This document shows positions 35,854 to 45,369 of a stretch of DNA of 56,096 nucleotides, in pieces. Made by a program: the position numbers and the translations under genes. Numbering within the stretch: position 1 is the stretch's first letter; the number at the start of each line of letters is the position of its first letter. The stretch lies in the NCBI GenBank assembly GCA_964365915.1, contig CAYIRJ010000001.1, positions 1 through 56,096 on the forward strand, in the 5' to 3' direction. The DNA comes from Candidatus Woesearchaeota archaeon (GTDB lineage: Archaea > Nanobdellota > Nanobdellia > SCGC-AAA011-G17 > DATDVL01). Below the pieces are notes generated by a model that made no database searches, was not told the origin of the DNA, and saw only the letters and a program-made list of their open reading frames with translations.

Positions 35854-36486
35854 ATGAAAATAGACACATTAAACCCATATACCATCAAAATTTTGATTGC
35901 TGCAAGAAAAATTGATAGCATTAGCGCTATTGCCAAAAGGATTAACGTGTCCTATGGTTGGACGCATAAGTGGGTTTCAGAATTGATGAAAGAGGGAGTA
36001 TTTAGAGAACAGTGGAGGGGCGTAACATTACAAGAAAAAAACAGGATCTATCGGGAAATAGTAAAATTTATCAAAAAAAATATTGATCCTGTTAATTTCT
36101 ATTATTCGATTTTGCCCTTGTTAGGAATAAACTATTGTTTCACGAAAACTGATGCAGTATACATATGGACTGAGGGAAGATACAACATTGCAAGATATAA
36201 GAGGTTTTATCCTATCTTCATAAAAATTAAAAAAGCAGACTATAAAATATTCTTGGGATATTGTAAAAAATTGCAATTAAAAATAAATGCAAGAAAGGGG
36301 GTATTTTATGTGCCTGAAATTGTTGAGGAATTAAAGTGTGTAAAGCAAAGAGATTACACTGTTGAATCATTAGACTGGACAATTAGTTTTATGAAGGAGA
36401 ACATCTATAATTTTGAACCAGCTTTGGAAATGATTGGTGAGACGTATCACAAAAATTTACATATTAAATATAAAGAGATGAAATAA
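35854..36486 (+). CDS. wHTH DNA-binding protein, AbiEi-like antitoxin candidate
   Basis: The N-terminus (ISAIAKRINVSYGWTHKWVSELMKEG) looks like a winged HTH. The stop overlaps the downstream start (TAATG). Confidence 0.45.
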   Translation: MKIDTLNPYTIKILIAARKIDSISAIAKRINVSYGWTHKWVSELMKEGVFREQWRGVTLQEKNRIYREIVKFIKKNIDPVNFYYSILPLLGINYCFTKTDAVYIWTEGRYNIARYKRFYPIFIKIKKADYKIFLGYCKKLQLKINARKGVFYVPEIVEELKCVKQRDYTVESLDWTISFMKENIYNFEPALEMIGETYHKNLHIKYKEMK

Positions 36487-37157
36487 TGGAAGAGTTAATA
36501 AGCAAAGAAAATGCAATTTTTGAGATTCTCCAAAGATTTTTAGATGCAAAATTGGAGTTTATCATGGTGGGGGGATATGCGGTCTCTTCTTATAAACATC
36601 GCTTTTCCGTTGATGCAGACATTGTTGTTCAGTCACACGATTTAGAAAAGTTTGAATCCATACTCAAGAAAGAAAAATTCAAGAAGGTTCGTGATAAGAA
36701 TTTAGACAACGTTTATTCTTCAAGATTTATGCGGTATGAAAAGGATCTTGCAAGTGTTGACTTAATGATTGATGCGGTTGCTTCAAGAAACACTAACGCT
36801 TCTTTCAGCTATCAACTATTGTTAAGGAATGCATTCAAAAGAAAAATTCAAGGCATTGAAAAAGAAATTTCCGCATTAGTCCCATCAAAAGAGTTGATAA
36901 TAGTGCTTAAATTGCATTCTGGAAGATTAACAGATTTTAGAGATATCGCTGCTTTAGCTAAGGATACGAATACTAACATAATTAAAAAATTTTTATTTAT
37001 TGGAGACCTGAAAGTACTCCAGGATAATCTTAACAACCTTAAAAAATTAGTGCATGATAAAAATTTCATCAATGCGTTCAAAGGGGTGTTCATCGAGAAG
37101 AAATTTGATATTGATCTACAACAAATAGAAAAAATAGGCCAGATAACGAAAGATTAA
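36486..37157 (+). CDS. AbiEii-like nucleotidyltransferase toxin candidate
   Basis: GGYAVSSYKHRFSVDADIVV matches the GG.A...R.S.D.D nucleotidyltransferase motif. Confidence 0.5.
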   Translation: MEELISKENAIFEILQRFLDAKLEFIMVGGYAVSSYKHRFSVDADIVVQSHDLEKFESILKKEKFKKVRDKNLDNVYSSRFMRYEKDLASVDLMIDAVASRNTNASFSYQLLLRNAFKRKIQGIEKEISALVPSKELIIVLKLHSGRLTDFRDIAALAKDTNTNIIKKFLFIGDLKVLQDNLNNLKKLVHDKNFINAFKGVFIEKKFDIDLQQIEKIGQITKD

Positions 37158-37256
37158 ATATCAGTCATCGCCGGGGCTAGGGCAATCTGATGAAGAAAAA
37201 GAAACTCAGCCTCGATGCCCATAAATCTTTTAAAGCGTTTTTTGCTGAATGCAGGC

Positions 37257-38939
37257 ATGAAAATCCTCGGAGTGACTTCGTTATTCCATGATACAGGCAT
37301 TGCTGTCGTCAACAAGGGAAAAATCACGCATGCCATTAATGAAGAGCGTTTATCCAGAAAGAAAATGCATGTCGGCTTTCCCTACCGCAGCCTCGACTAC
37401 ATCAAGCAGTTCACGAAAGAGTCAGATATTGATGCCATTGCAGTCTCTGACATTCCTGCAAAGGAATTATTTTCAAAGATCAAGTTCGCAATGTTCGACC
37501 CTTCTCTTTACACTGTTAATCCCTATTATGCTGCAAAATCCTCTGCCATGATGACACGCTGGGTCTACAAAACAATGAAATGGTACCGCAAATACCAAAA
37601 AGAGCAGCAGCACGTCTTTGAAAAGTTAGGAAAAAGAGTAATCCGATTAGAGCACCACCCCAATCATGCAGCTTCAGCATATTTTACCTCAGGAAAGAAA
37701 AAATGTTTGGTCATTACCATTGATAATCATGGAGACGGTATTTGTGGTTCAGTTTCCATTGGGGAGAATAATCAGCTAACACGCTTAGACACTTTGCCCT
37801 GGCCGCATTCTCCAGGATTTTTTTATGCAATGATCACGAAAGTTCTTGGATTTAAAGTAGGACGTCATGAAGGGAAAATTACGGGTTTAGCAGCCTACGG
37901 CAATCCAACCAGCGCTGCGTACAGCGAAATAAAGAAATTGATGTGGTTCGAGAATGGAACCATCAAAACAAGTGCAATGATCGGCCGTCGAGGCTGGGTC
38001 AAGGCATTAACGCAAAAGTATTCTAAAGAAAACTTAGCAGCAGCATTCCAACGCGTCTTGGAAGAGACTGTAACAGCATATGTCGCGCATTGGATGCATA
38101 TCACCGGCATCAAAGACATCGCATTGGCAGGGGGGGTCTTTGGCAATGTGAAATTGAATCAGCGCATTCTTGAAGCAGGAGCTTCTTCAGCCTTTATCCA
38201 TCCCCATATGAGTGACGGGGGCACAGGAGCAGGTGCTGCTTTGCATTATGCTATGCTAGAAGGAGAAGCAAAGCCCTACGAGCTGCATGATGTTTATTTT
38301 GGCCCCAACTATTCCAATGAAGAAATTAAAGCAGAACTTGATAAGCAAGGATTAAAAGCAGAATATTTAGACGACATTGAAGCACAGATTGCTGAGCTCT
38401 TGGCAAAAAATAATGTTGTTGCGTACTTTTCAGGAGCAATGGAATATGGTCCTCGTGCACTGGGAGCACGATCAATTATTTACCCAGCAACAGATCCCAA
38501 AGTCAATGACTGGTTAAATAAAAGACTGCAAAGAACGGAGTGGATGCCTTTCGCTCCTTACACACTCGAGCGGTATGCCAAAGATTGCTACAAGAATATG
38601 GACGGCGGAGAGTATGCAGCAAAATTCATGACCATCACGTTTGATTGCACCGATTTCATGAAGGAACATTCTCCTGCAACCGTCCATGTGGATGGCACTG
38701 CTCGCCCGCAGGTGATTAATAGAAATATTCACAAACCCTATAACAAGATTTTGGAAACTTATTACAAGATTACAAAGATTCCTTCCTTGGTAAACACCTC
38801 ATTTAACATGCATGAAGAACCCATTGTATGCTCGCCCTACGATGCCATCAGAGCATTTAAATTAGGGCATCTTGATTACTTAGCCATGGGCAATTACTTG
38901 GTGAAAAATGACAATGCTCCTGGAACAGATAAAAGATAA
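37257..38939 (+). CDS. Carbamoyltransferase (NodU/CmcH family)
   Basis: MKILGVTSLFHDTGIAVVNKGKITHAINEERLSRKK and family-typical length. Confidence 0.85.
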   Translation: MKILGVTSLFHDTGIAVVNKGKITHAINEERLSRKKMHVGFPYRSLDYIKQFTKESDIDAIAVSDIPAKELFSKIKFAMFDPSLYTVNPYYAAKSSAMMTRWVYKTMKWYRKYQKEQQHVFEKLGKRVIRLEHHPNHAASAYFTSGKKKCLVITIDNHGDGICGSVSIGENNQLTRLDTLPWPHSPGFFYAMITKVLGFKVGRHEGKITGLAAYGNPTSAAYSEIKKLMWFENGTIKTSAMIGRRGWVKALTQKYSKENLAAAFQRVLEETVTAYVAHWMHITGIKDIALAGGVFGNVKLNQRILEAGASSAFIHPHMSDGGTGAGAALHYAMLEGEAKPYELHDVYFGPNYSNEEIKAELDKQGLKAEYLDDIEAQIAELLAKNNVVAYFSGAMEYGPRALGARSIIYPATDPKVNDWLNKRLQRTEWMPFAPYTLERYAKDCYKNMDGGEYAAKFMTITFDCTDFMKEHSPATVHVDGTARPQVINRNIHKPYNKILETYYKITKIPSLVNTSFNMHEEPIVCSPYDAIRAFKLGHLDYLAMGNYLVKNDNAPGTDKR

Positions 38940-39867
38940 AATTCGCGGACAGCAGAAGAGAATAGTTCTGGTAGACACGCAAGATGCTCGTTGTCTAGAT
39001 GCAGTCAATGAAATCATCAAAGACGATCTCGGGAAAATTATTCTTGTGGGCAAGAAGGAAGAGCTGGAAAAGAATATGCTTCCGTTTTGGAAAGGAAAAG
39101 TAACGATCTATGATCCTGCAGATAAAAAATTGCTTGCTGAGTTTGCAGAGGAATATTATCAATTAAGAAAAGAGAAAGGCATCAACAAGACCGAGGCTGA
39201 ACGATTGATGCAACAACACATTTTTTTCGGAACGATGCTGGTCCGCAAAGGTATGGCTGATGGATTAATTGCAGGCCTTTCTTCAGCAACAAAACCCTTC
39301 ATTCCTGCATTTCATATCATAGGAGTAAAACCAGGAATGAAGAAAGTTTCAAGTTTTTTCATCATGGAACGCAAGGATCAAGCGTTTGTGTTTGCAGACT
39401 GTGCGCTGCAGGAAAATCCTTCTGCTGAAGAATTGGCAGAAATTGGAATAGTCACAGCAAAAAGTGCGGAAGAATTCGGAATTCTTTCAAAAGTGGCGTT
39501 TCTTTCATATTCTACATATGGCTCTGCTTCTCATCCCGATGTGCAAAAAGTACAGGCTGCAGTTGCTCTTGCACAAAAAAGTCTGAAGGAAGTTGACGGA
39601 GAACTCCAAGTGGATGCAGCATTAGTTCCAGAAATAGCTAAGAAAAAGAAGACAAAGGTGCAGGGCAATGCAAATGTGTTAGTCTTTCCCAATTTAGATG
39701 CAGGCAATATTGGGTATAAGCTAACAGAACGTCTCGCAGGATTCACAGCAACCGGCCCTATCTTGCAAGGATTAGCAAAGCCAATAAATGATCTTTCCCG
39801 TGGAGCTTCTGTAGAAGATATGGTGAATGTCTTTGCAATAACAGCGTTTCAGGCATTGAAGAAATAA
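38908..39867 (+). CDS. pta: Phosphate acetyl/butyryl-transferase family protein (Pta-like)
   Basis: ANVLVFPNLDAGNIGYK and LSRGASVEDMVN motifs. The gene overlaps the carbamoyltransferase by 32 nt. Confidence 0.75.
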   Translation: MTMLLEQIKDKIRGQQKRIVLVDTQDARCLDAVNEIIKDDLGKIILVGKKEELEKNMLPFWKGKVTIYDPADKKLLAEFAEEYYQLRKEKGINKTEAERLMQQHIFFGTMLVRKGMADGLIAGLSSATKPFIPAFHIIGVKPGMKKVSSFFIMERKDQAFVFADCALQENPSAEELAEIGIVTAKSAEEFGILSKVAFLSYSTYGSASHPDVQKVQAAVALAQKSLKEVDGELQVDAALVPEIAKKKKTKVQGNANVLVFPNLDAGNIGYKLTERLAGFTATGPILQGLAKPINDLSRGASVEDMVNVFAITAFQALKK

Positions 39868-40482
39868 CTATGCTTTTGCATTCATCGGAGTTTCTTTATA
39901 CATTCTTACATAAGGTTCAGCAGTATAAACAGGAACAAGTTCAGGGAATAATTTTTGGTATTTTTCATCCCGCATGTCTCCAATAATCCTGGCAGGACTT
40001 CCTGCAACCACAGCAAAGGGAGGAACATCTCTAATGACAACAGCCCCTAATCCGATGAAAGAAAATTCTCCCAAGGTAATGCCGCATCCAATATGTGCTC
40101 CAGCACCAATGGAAACGTGGTCTTTGACCTCCGTTTTCAGTTCGCGATAGGAATGATTCAATACTTTTTGTACCGAAGGAACAATATCGTTGGTAAAAAT
40201 TGCACGCGGCCCAACAAAAACATAATTGCCAATGGTCACTAAATCAGGAATAGAAATTCCATCTTGCAGTCTGCAGTAATTGCCAATGGTCACTCCTGGC
40301 TTAATGTGGCTTTGGCTTCCTATTTGAGTGTTACTTCCTATGCGAACAGGTCGCTCTGCATTCCCGTACACAATGCAGTGGTGCCAAATTTTACTGTTTT
40401 CTCCCAAAGAAACATGATCCCCAATAATTGTACTTGCAGAAACTTTCCCTTTATCATGATCAACAAGTTGCGGTTGAGGCAT
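39868..40482 (-). CDS. Hexapeptide-repeat (left-handed beta-helix) sugar acetyltransferase
   Basis: Repeated [LIV]G..x..I hexapeptides (IGSNTQIGSQSHIKPGVTIGNYC, VSIGAGAHIGCGITLGEFSFIGLGAVV). Confidence 0.8.
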   Translation of the reverse strand: MPQPQLVDHDKGKVSASTIIGDHVSLGENSKIWHHCIVYGNAERPVRIGSNTQIGSQSHIKPGVTIGNYCRLQDGISIPDLVTIGNYVFVGPRAIFTNDIVPSVQKVLNHSYRELKTEVKDHVSIGAGAHIGCGITLGEFSFIGLGAVVIRDVPPFAVVAGSPARIIGDMRDEKYQKLFPELVPVYTAEPYVRMYKETPMNAKA

Positions 40483-40544
40483 AGATCTATGTAGGAAATA
40501 TTCTTTTTAAGGATTTGTGTAGCATATGCATAGTAATAATAGTA

Positions 40545-41042
40545 ATGCCAATGCATAAGATTATTAAAGAAAAATTGGGATTAACGTATGTAACGTTTTT
40601 GGCTGCTATATTTACTTTAGCCCCTCTATTTTCTTACTTCTTTGGAACATGGTCTGATTATTCTGGAAGAAAAAAATGGATTATAAGTGCACAAATACTA
40701 TTGACAACGGGATTAATATTCTTATTTGTATCACAAGTATGGTTATTGATAATAGGGGGGATTATATTATCTGTTGCCTTTGCTATTCTCTTGCCAATCT
40801 TCACTGCATTATTGGGGGACATAAGTAATGATCAGAATGTAAGTTATCTTGCTGCTTTGTTTTGGATGGCAAGAAATATAGGCCTTCTTTCTGCACTGAT
40901 ACTTTCAAGATTATTTATTTCTGAAAAAATCTTCCTAATATCGGCAGGAGTGATAATTCTCTACAGTTTAATAATATGGCCAATATTCCGTTTCTCATTA
41001 AATGAAATTAAGAAAAGATTGGAAAAGGAAATAAATAGTTAG
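40545..41042 (+). CDS. MFS-like membrane protein fragment
   Basis: GTWSDYSGRKKW resembles MFS motif A, but only about 5 TM segments are present and TM1 is missing. Possibly a remnant. Confidence 0.3.
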   Translation: MPMHKIIKEKLGLTYVTFLAAIFTLAPLFSYFFGTWSDYSGRKKWIISAQILLTTGLIFLFVSQVWLLIIGGIILSVAFAILLPIFTALLGDISNDQNVSYLAALFWMARNIGLLSALILSRLFISEKIFLISAGVIILYSLIIWPIFRFSLNEIKKRLEKEINS

Positions 41043-41602
41043 ATATGCGCATCATGCTGTGTTTTATAATTATGCAATTCATGCTCCTTGAACCATAAGG
41101 CAATTTCCCTTTCCGCTTCATCTTTATTGCCAGAAGCATGAATCAAATTTCTAATGGGCCGTTGTTTTATGTCAGCAACAGCATAGGAATCAAAGGTATA
41201 GTCTCCTCGAATAGTGCCCGGCAATGCTTGCCTCGGCTCAGTGTTTCCCACCATCTTCCTCACAAGCTCAATTGCGTGCGGCCCTTCAACAACCACTGCC
41301 AATACAGGGCCCTCCATCAAAAATTGCTTGTTCCAGTTCTTGATCGTCTGTCCATACTGCCTGAAGTCTTTAAAGGGAAATTTTCTTCCCTCTTTTTCAT
41401 AGGCAGTCTTCGTTTTTTCAAATACTCCTTTTGCCCATTCGTCAGTAACGAGATAATGATTATCAGCAATCTTCTCATCTGCCCAGATCATTTTCATGGC
41501 AACAAACTTCAATCCCGTTCTTTCAAAGCGTTGTAGAATCTCCCCAATTAGTCCACGGACAACACCATCATGTTTGATAACAACAAGGGTACGCTCAATC
41601 AT
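41039..41602 (-). CDS. ndk: Nucleoside diphosphate kinase (with internal insertions)
   Basis: ERTLVVIKHDGV, GTIRGDY and NLIHASG (catalytic His) motifs. It is about 35 aa longer than typical NDKs. Confidence 0.85.
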   Translation of the reverse strand: MIERTLVVIKHDGVVRGLIGEILQRFERTGLKFVAMKMIWADEKIADNHYLVTDEWAKGVFEKTKTAYEKEGRKFPFKDFRQYGQTIKNWNKQFLMEGPVLAVVVEGPHAIELVRKMVGNTEPRQALPGTIRGDYTFDSYAVADIKQRPIRNLIHASGNKDEAEREIALWFKEHELHNYKTQHDAHI

Positions 41603-41738
41603 TTGAAGTATGCCCTAAAAATACCTTTATAAAATTATGCGTATGTGCGGCTGCCAGAGAAGTGATAGATTTATTTATTGTGCAAAGCTCGTATTCTATG
41701 TGCATAAGGTTTTAAAGTAATTCTTCCTGACTGAAATA

Positions 41739-43094
41739 ATGGTGCTGACCCGCGGGAAGAAAGAAGTTGCCTATGTCTTTTTTTTATTCATGTTCTCAAA
41801 GTTTTTCGCGTACTTCACACTGTTAGTTTTTGCCAATCTGTATAACCAGGAAGTGTACGGCCAAGCTTCTTTTATTTTTGCAATCTTTCATCTGGTTGTT
41901 CTATTTACATGTTTAGGCATGCCTGATACCCTCGTCCCTTGGCTTATGAAGAAGAAAGATACCTCTTCAGTCTTCTATTTCTTTCTTGGCCTCAATGTAG
42001 TAGTGATGGTCATTTCATTGTTATTGATCACACAGCTGGAATATCAATGGGCACTTCCCTTTGTTTTGCTTTTGCCCTTCATGCTGCTGGATTATTTTGC
42101 GCGTGCCGTAGTCAAATCATATTATCGTTACGATCTTGCGCAATGGACATCCACTTTGTATGTGGCATTGACATTGATTTTTGCATATCTATTCCGACCG
42201 TGGGAGCAGTTCGGCATTGCCTTAGCCTATAGTCTGGCATATTTCATTCCTATTCTTTTCATCGTATGGAAAGCACGCAAGGGATTAAAAGAGGTACTGG
42301 GTATATTTAATCTGCGCCTTCAGGCAATCAAAGAATACATGATGCAGGGATCTGCAACCTTGCTGATTACTACATCCTTTGCCTTGCTTACCTGGATTGA
42401 CGCTTCCATTCTGGGATTCCTGGCCCCTTTCACCAGCGTCGCGCAGTACAATGTTGCAGGGGCAATAGCGAATATCGTTGCAGCAGTTCCACTTTCTGTA
42501 ATGCATTTTATTCTGACGCGCTCAGCAGCAGTGCATGAAGAAAGAAAAGCAAAAAAAATTCTTGAGCGCAGTACGCGAGTGTCCTATGTGCTTGCCATGC
42601 TATTTGGAATCTTGATCAATGCAATGATCTTTGCGATCATGAGAATATTCTTCCCCCAATACCAAGGCATTGAAATATTTATTGCAATTCTTTCTGTGGG
42701 AGTCTCCTTTTATGCTGTGTATAGTTTATTGACAACGTATTTGATCGGGCGCATGGAACAGTACATGACCGTTATGCCCATGGTGGTTGCTGCGGGGTTG
42801 AATGTCGTTCTTGATATTCTTTTGGTTCCTGCTTTTGGGCTTTATGGAATTACTCTGGCTACCTTATTTGCGCATGCGGTTGCATTAGTATTGCTGACTG
42901 TAAAGTTAAGGGTATATCAGTTCTTGTGGGCATTGTTGTTGTCGCCATGTATGCTGTTCACTACATACTTCTTGCAATGGTGGGGATTGCTGATGTTACC
43001 AGGAGCGCTTTTCGTGTTTTTCCTGGTGGGGTTGTTGACGAAAGAGGATCTTGCGATTGTGATGCAAGTGCTTGGGCGCATCGTGAAAAGATAA
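41739..43094 (+). CDS. Polysaccharide/oligosaccharide flippase (Wzx-like, MOP superfamily)
   Basis: About 12-14 TM segments. The size and genomic context fit this family. Confidence 0.65.
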   Translation: MVLTRGKKEVAYVFFLFMFSKFFAYFTLLVFANLYNQEVYGQASFIFAIFHLVVLFTCLGMPDTLVPWLMKKKDTSSVFYFFLGLNVVVMVISLLLITQLEYQWALPFVLLLPFMLLDYFARAVVKSYYRYDLAQWTSTLYVALTLIFAYLFRPWEQFGIALAYSLAYFIPILFIVWKARKGLKEVLGIFNLRLQAIKEYMMQGSATLLITTSFALLTWIDASILGFLAPFTSVAQYNVAGAIANIVAAVPLSVMHFILTRSAAVHEERKAKKILERSTRVSYVLAMLFGILINAMIFAIMRIFFPQYQGIEIFIAILSVGVSFYAVYSLLTTYLIGRMEQYMTVMPMVVAAGLNVVLDILLVPAFGLYGITLATLFAHAVALVLLTVKLRVYQFLWALLLSPCMLFTTYFLQWWGLLMLPGALFVFFLVGLLTKEDLAIVMQVLGRIVKR

Positions 43095-43126
43095 ATCTTA
43101 TAAATAAAAATTTGTTGATTGCCGCA

Positions 43127-43948
43127 ATGAAAAAAAATCAATTGGTCTCGATTCTTATTCCTGCATACAATGAGGAAGAGCATATTGCAAACTGTATCAA
43201 TTCTCTACTCAGTCAGACATACAACCCCATAGAAATTTTCTTGACAGATGACGGCAGCAAAGACAGGACTCTGGAAATTGTCAAAGATATTGCAAAAAAC
43301 CACAAGAATGTGCACGTCATGACGCAATTGCATCAAGGTCCGGAGCAGGCCTGGCTGAAAATGTCCAAAGCTTGCAAGGGAAAAATCATCATGATGTTCG
43401 GAGCAGACATGGTAGCAGGAGAAACCGTAGTGGAAGACTTAGCTCGCCCGTTAATTGAAGGCAGAGCCCAAGGCACCTCTCCGCGCGTGGAATTCATTAA
43501 GAATGCAGAGTGGAGCATCTGGGCGCGTGCACGAGGGAAAGTAAGAGTTACGCATCCGCATGCAGTTCTTGTTACGACACGAGAAGTCTGGAATAAGTAC
43601 TGGACCCCAGATAAGCGTGCTGGCTATACGTCAGATCAAACGATTTATTTCAATTCAGGAATCAAGCCAGTGATGGTAGATACGCATTTGTATCATAATA
43701 ATCCTGCAACCTTCAAGGAGTGCTGGCAGCAGTTCGTCTGGATTGGTGCTGCATCCAAGAAAAAGCATGTATTGTTATTAGGATTTATAATTTTCCCTGT
43801 TGCTGCTGTCCTTAAAAGTGTAAAACAATTTTTTAGTGATCCCTATCCGCCGTTTGTTTTTTTCCTACCTTTTTATCATTCTGTAAAATACATCGGCTAT
43901 TTTGTTGGCATTCTGAAGAAAGCATTCACAGGAAAAAATGTGAAATAG
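43127..43948 (+). CDS. GT2 glycosyltransferase
   Basis: VSILIPAYNEEEHI and FLTDDGSKDRT motifs. The ATG at 43127 is preferred over the long ORF that overlaps the flippase gene. Confidence 0.8.
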   Translation: MKKNQLVSILIPAYNEEEHIANCINSLLSQTYNPIEIFLTDDGSKDRTLEIVKDIAKNHKNVHVMTQLHQGPEQAWLKMSKACKGKIIMMFGADMVAGETVVEDLARPLIEGRAQGTSPRVEFIKNAEWSIWARARGKVRVTHPHAVLVTTREVWNKYWTPDKRAGYTSDQTIYFNSGIKPVMVDTHLYHNNPATFKECWQQFVWIGAASKKKHVLLLGFIIFPVAAVLKSVKQFFSDPYPPFVFFLPFYHSVKYIGYFVGILKKAFTGKNVK

Positions 43949-43989
43949 TACATGCATAAACTAAATATAAGTCTATACAATGTCTATAC

Positions 43990-44076
43990 ATGCAAGAATC
44001 GAGGATTAAGGAACAAATAGTAAAGACTGTTGTTAAATCGGGAAACGGTGGTGCAGTATGGGTGCCCAAAAATTGA
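43990..44076 (+). pseudogene. Remnant of a small AbrB/SpoVT-like (DUF2080-like) gene
   Basis: The 28-aa ORF ends KSGNGGAVWVPKN then TGA, where family members usually have Trp (VPK.W.G). A second stop follows 5 codons later. Confidence 0.3.
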
Positions 44077-44154
44077 TTAGGAGAAGATTATTGAAACAAT
44101 TACTCCTTATCTTCAAAATAATTCACGAATTTTTTAAACATTTAACCGGTGTAG

Positions 44155-45252
44155 TTATTTCTTAAAGAATTTCTTGATGTGCTCAACTATGTAGTCTTGC
44201 TCTTCTTTCTTTAATTCAGGGAAAATAGGAATTGCCAAAATGCGCTTCGCTTTCCATTCCGCTATGGGGAAGCTTCCTTCTTTCAGTTTTTTATAAGCAT
44301 AGGCAGGCTGCAGATGAATGGGGGTAGGATAGTGAATTCTTGTAGGAATGCCTTGCCTCTGCAAATACTCAGCTAAAGCTTCTCGTTGGTCAGTTTCAAT
44401 CACATACGCATAAAAGGAATGCTTTCCATAGCTGGGCAATGAAGGGGTTTCTACAACGCCTTGTAACAATTTCGTATAGCGTGCAGCAAGTTCCTGCCGT
44501 AAGCTCACCCATGCTGAAAGATGTTGCAGTTTAACATCAAGAATTGCTGCTTGTAATGCATGCAAACGTTGGTTCCCTGCAATTTCCTTGTGCACATACT
44601 GCTTGAACGACCCTCCAAAATTGCGCAAGCTTCTGACACGCTCAGCAACTTCCTTATTATCAGTAACGACTGCTCCACCATCACCATACGCCCCCAAGAT
44701 CTTTCCAGGATAGAAGCTGAAGCATCCTGTTTCTCCATACGGAACAATTTTCCCTTTGTATACTGCCCCATGCGCTTGCGCTGCATCTTCAATAACAATC
44801 AAGTCGTGTCTTTTCGCGATCTTCAAGAGGGGATCCATCTCCGCAGACCTCCCATACAGGTGCGTAGCAATGATTGCCTTTGTATTTTTGGTAATGGCAG
44901 CTTCTACTTTTGTAGGATCCATGTTATTACTGTCTTTTTCTACGTCAACAAAAACCGGTTCAGCTCCCACCATGTTGACAACAGATGCACCGGAAAAGAA
45001 AGTACTGGGTGTGGTAATGACCTCTCCAGAAGAAATGTTGTAAGCCCTTAATGAAAGTTCCAGAGCAGCAGTTCCGCTGCCTACTCCCACGCAGTATTTT
45101 TTTCCACAATATTTTGCAAAGTGAATTTCAAAAGGGTGCGGCTCCTCTCCCAGCACATACTGTGACGTTGCGATGGTCTGCTGGATGGCTCCATCTATTT
45201 CTTTCTTGATGCTCAGATATTGCCTGTGCAAATCAACAAATTGAATGTTCAT
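44155..45252 (-). CDS. DegT/DnrJ/EryC1/StrS-family PLP-dependent sugar aminotransferase
   Basis: GSGTAALELSL and FSFYPGKILGAYGDGGAV (PLP lysine) motifs. Confidence 0.9.
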   Translation of the reverse strand: MNIQFVDLHRQYLSIKKEIDGAIQQTIATSQYVLGEEPHPFEIHFAKYCGKKYCVGVGSGTAALELSLRAYNISSGEVITTPSTFFSGASVVNMVGAEPVFVDVEKDSNNMDPTKVEAAITKNTKAIIATHLYGRSAEMDPLLKIAKRHDLIVIEDAAQAHGAVYKGKIVPYGETGCFSFYPGKILGAYGDGGAVVTDNKEVAERVRSLRNFGGSFKQYVHKEIAGNQRLHALQAAILDVKLQHLSAWVSLRQELAARYTKLLQGVVETPSLPSYGKHSFYAYVIETDQREALAEYLQRQGIPTRIHYPTPIHLQPAYAYKKLKEGSFPIAEWKAKRILAIPIFPELKKEEQDYIVEHIKKFFKK

Positions 45253-45369
45253 GAAAATTTCTTGTTGGAAAGAAGCTTAAAAATCTTTCTTACTTTTGAG
45301 GGGGGTTGTAATTTCTGCAGCCTGTTCAATCTGGCCAAGCTTCTGTACAATGGGGTCTTGAAAAATTTG

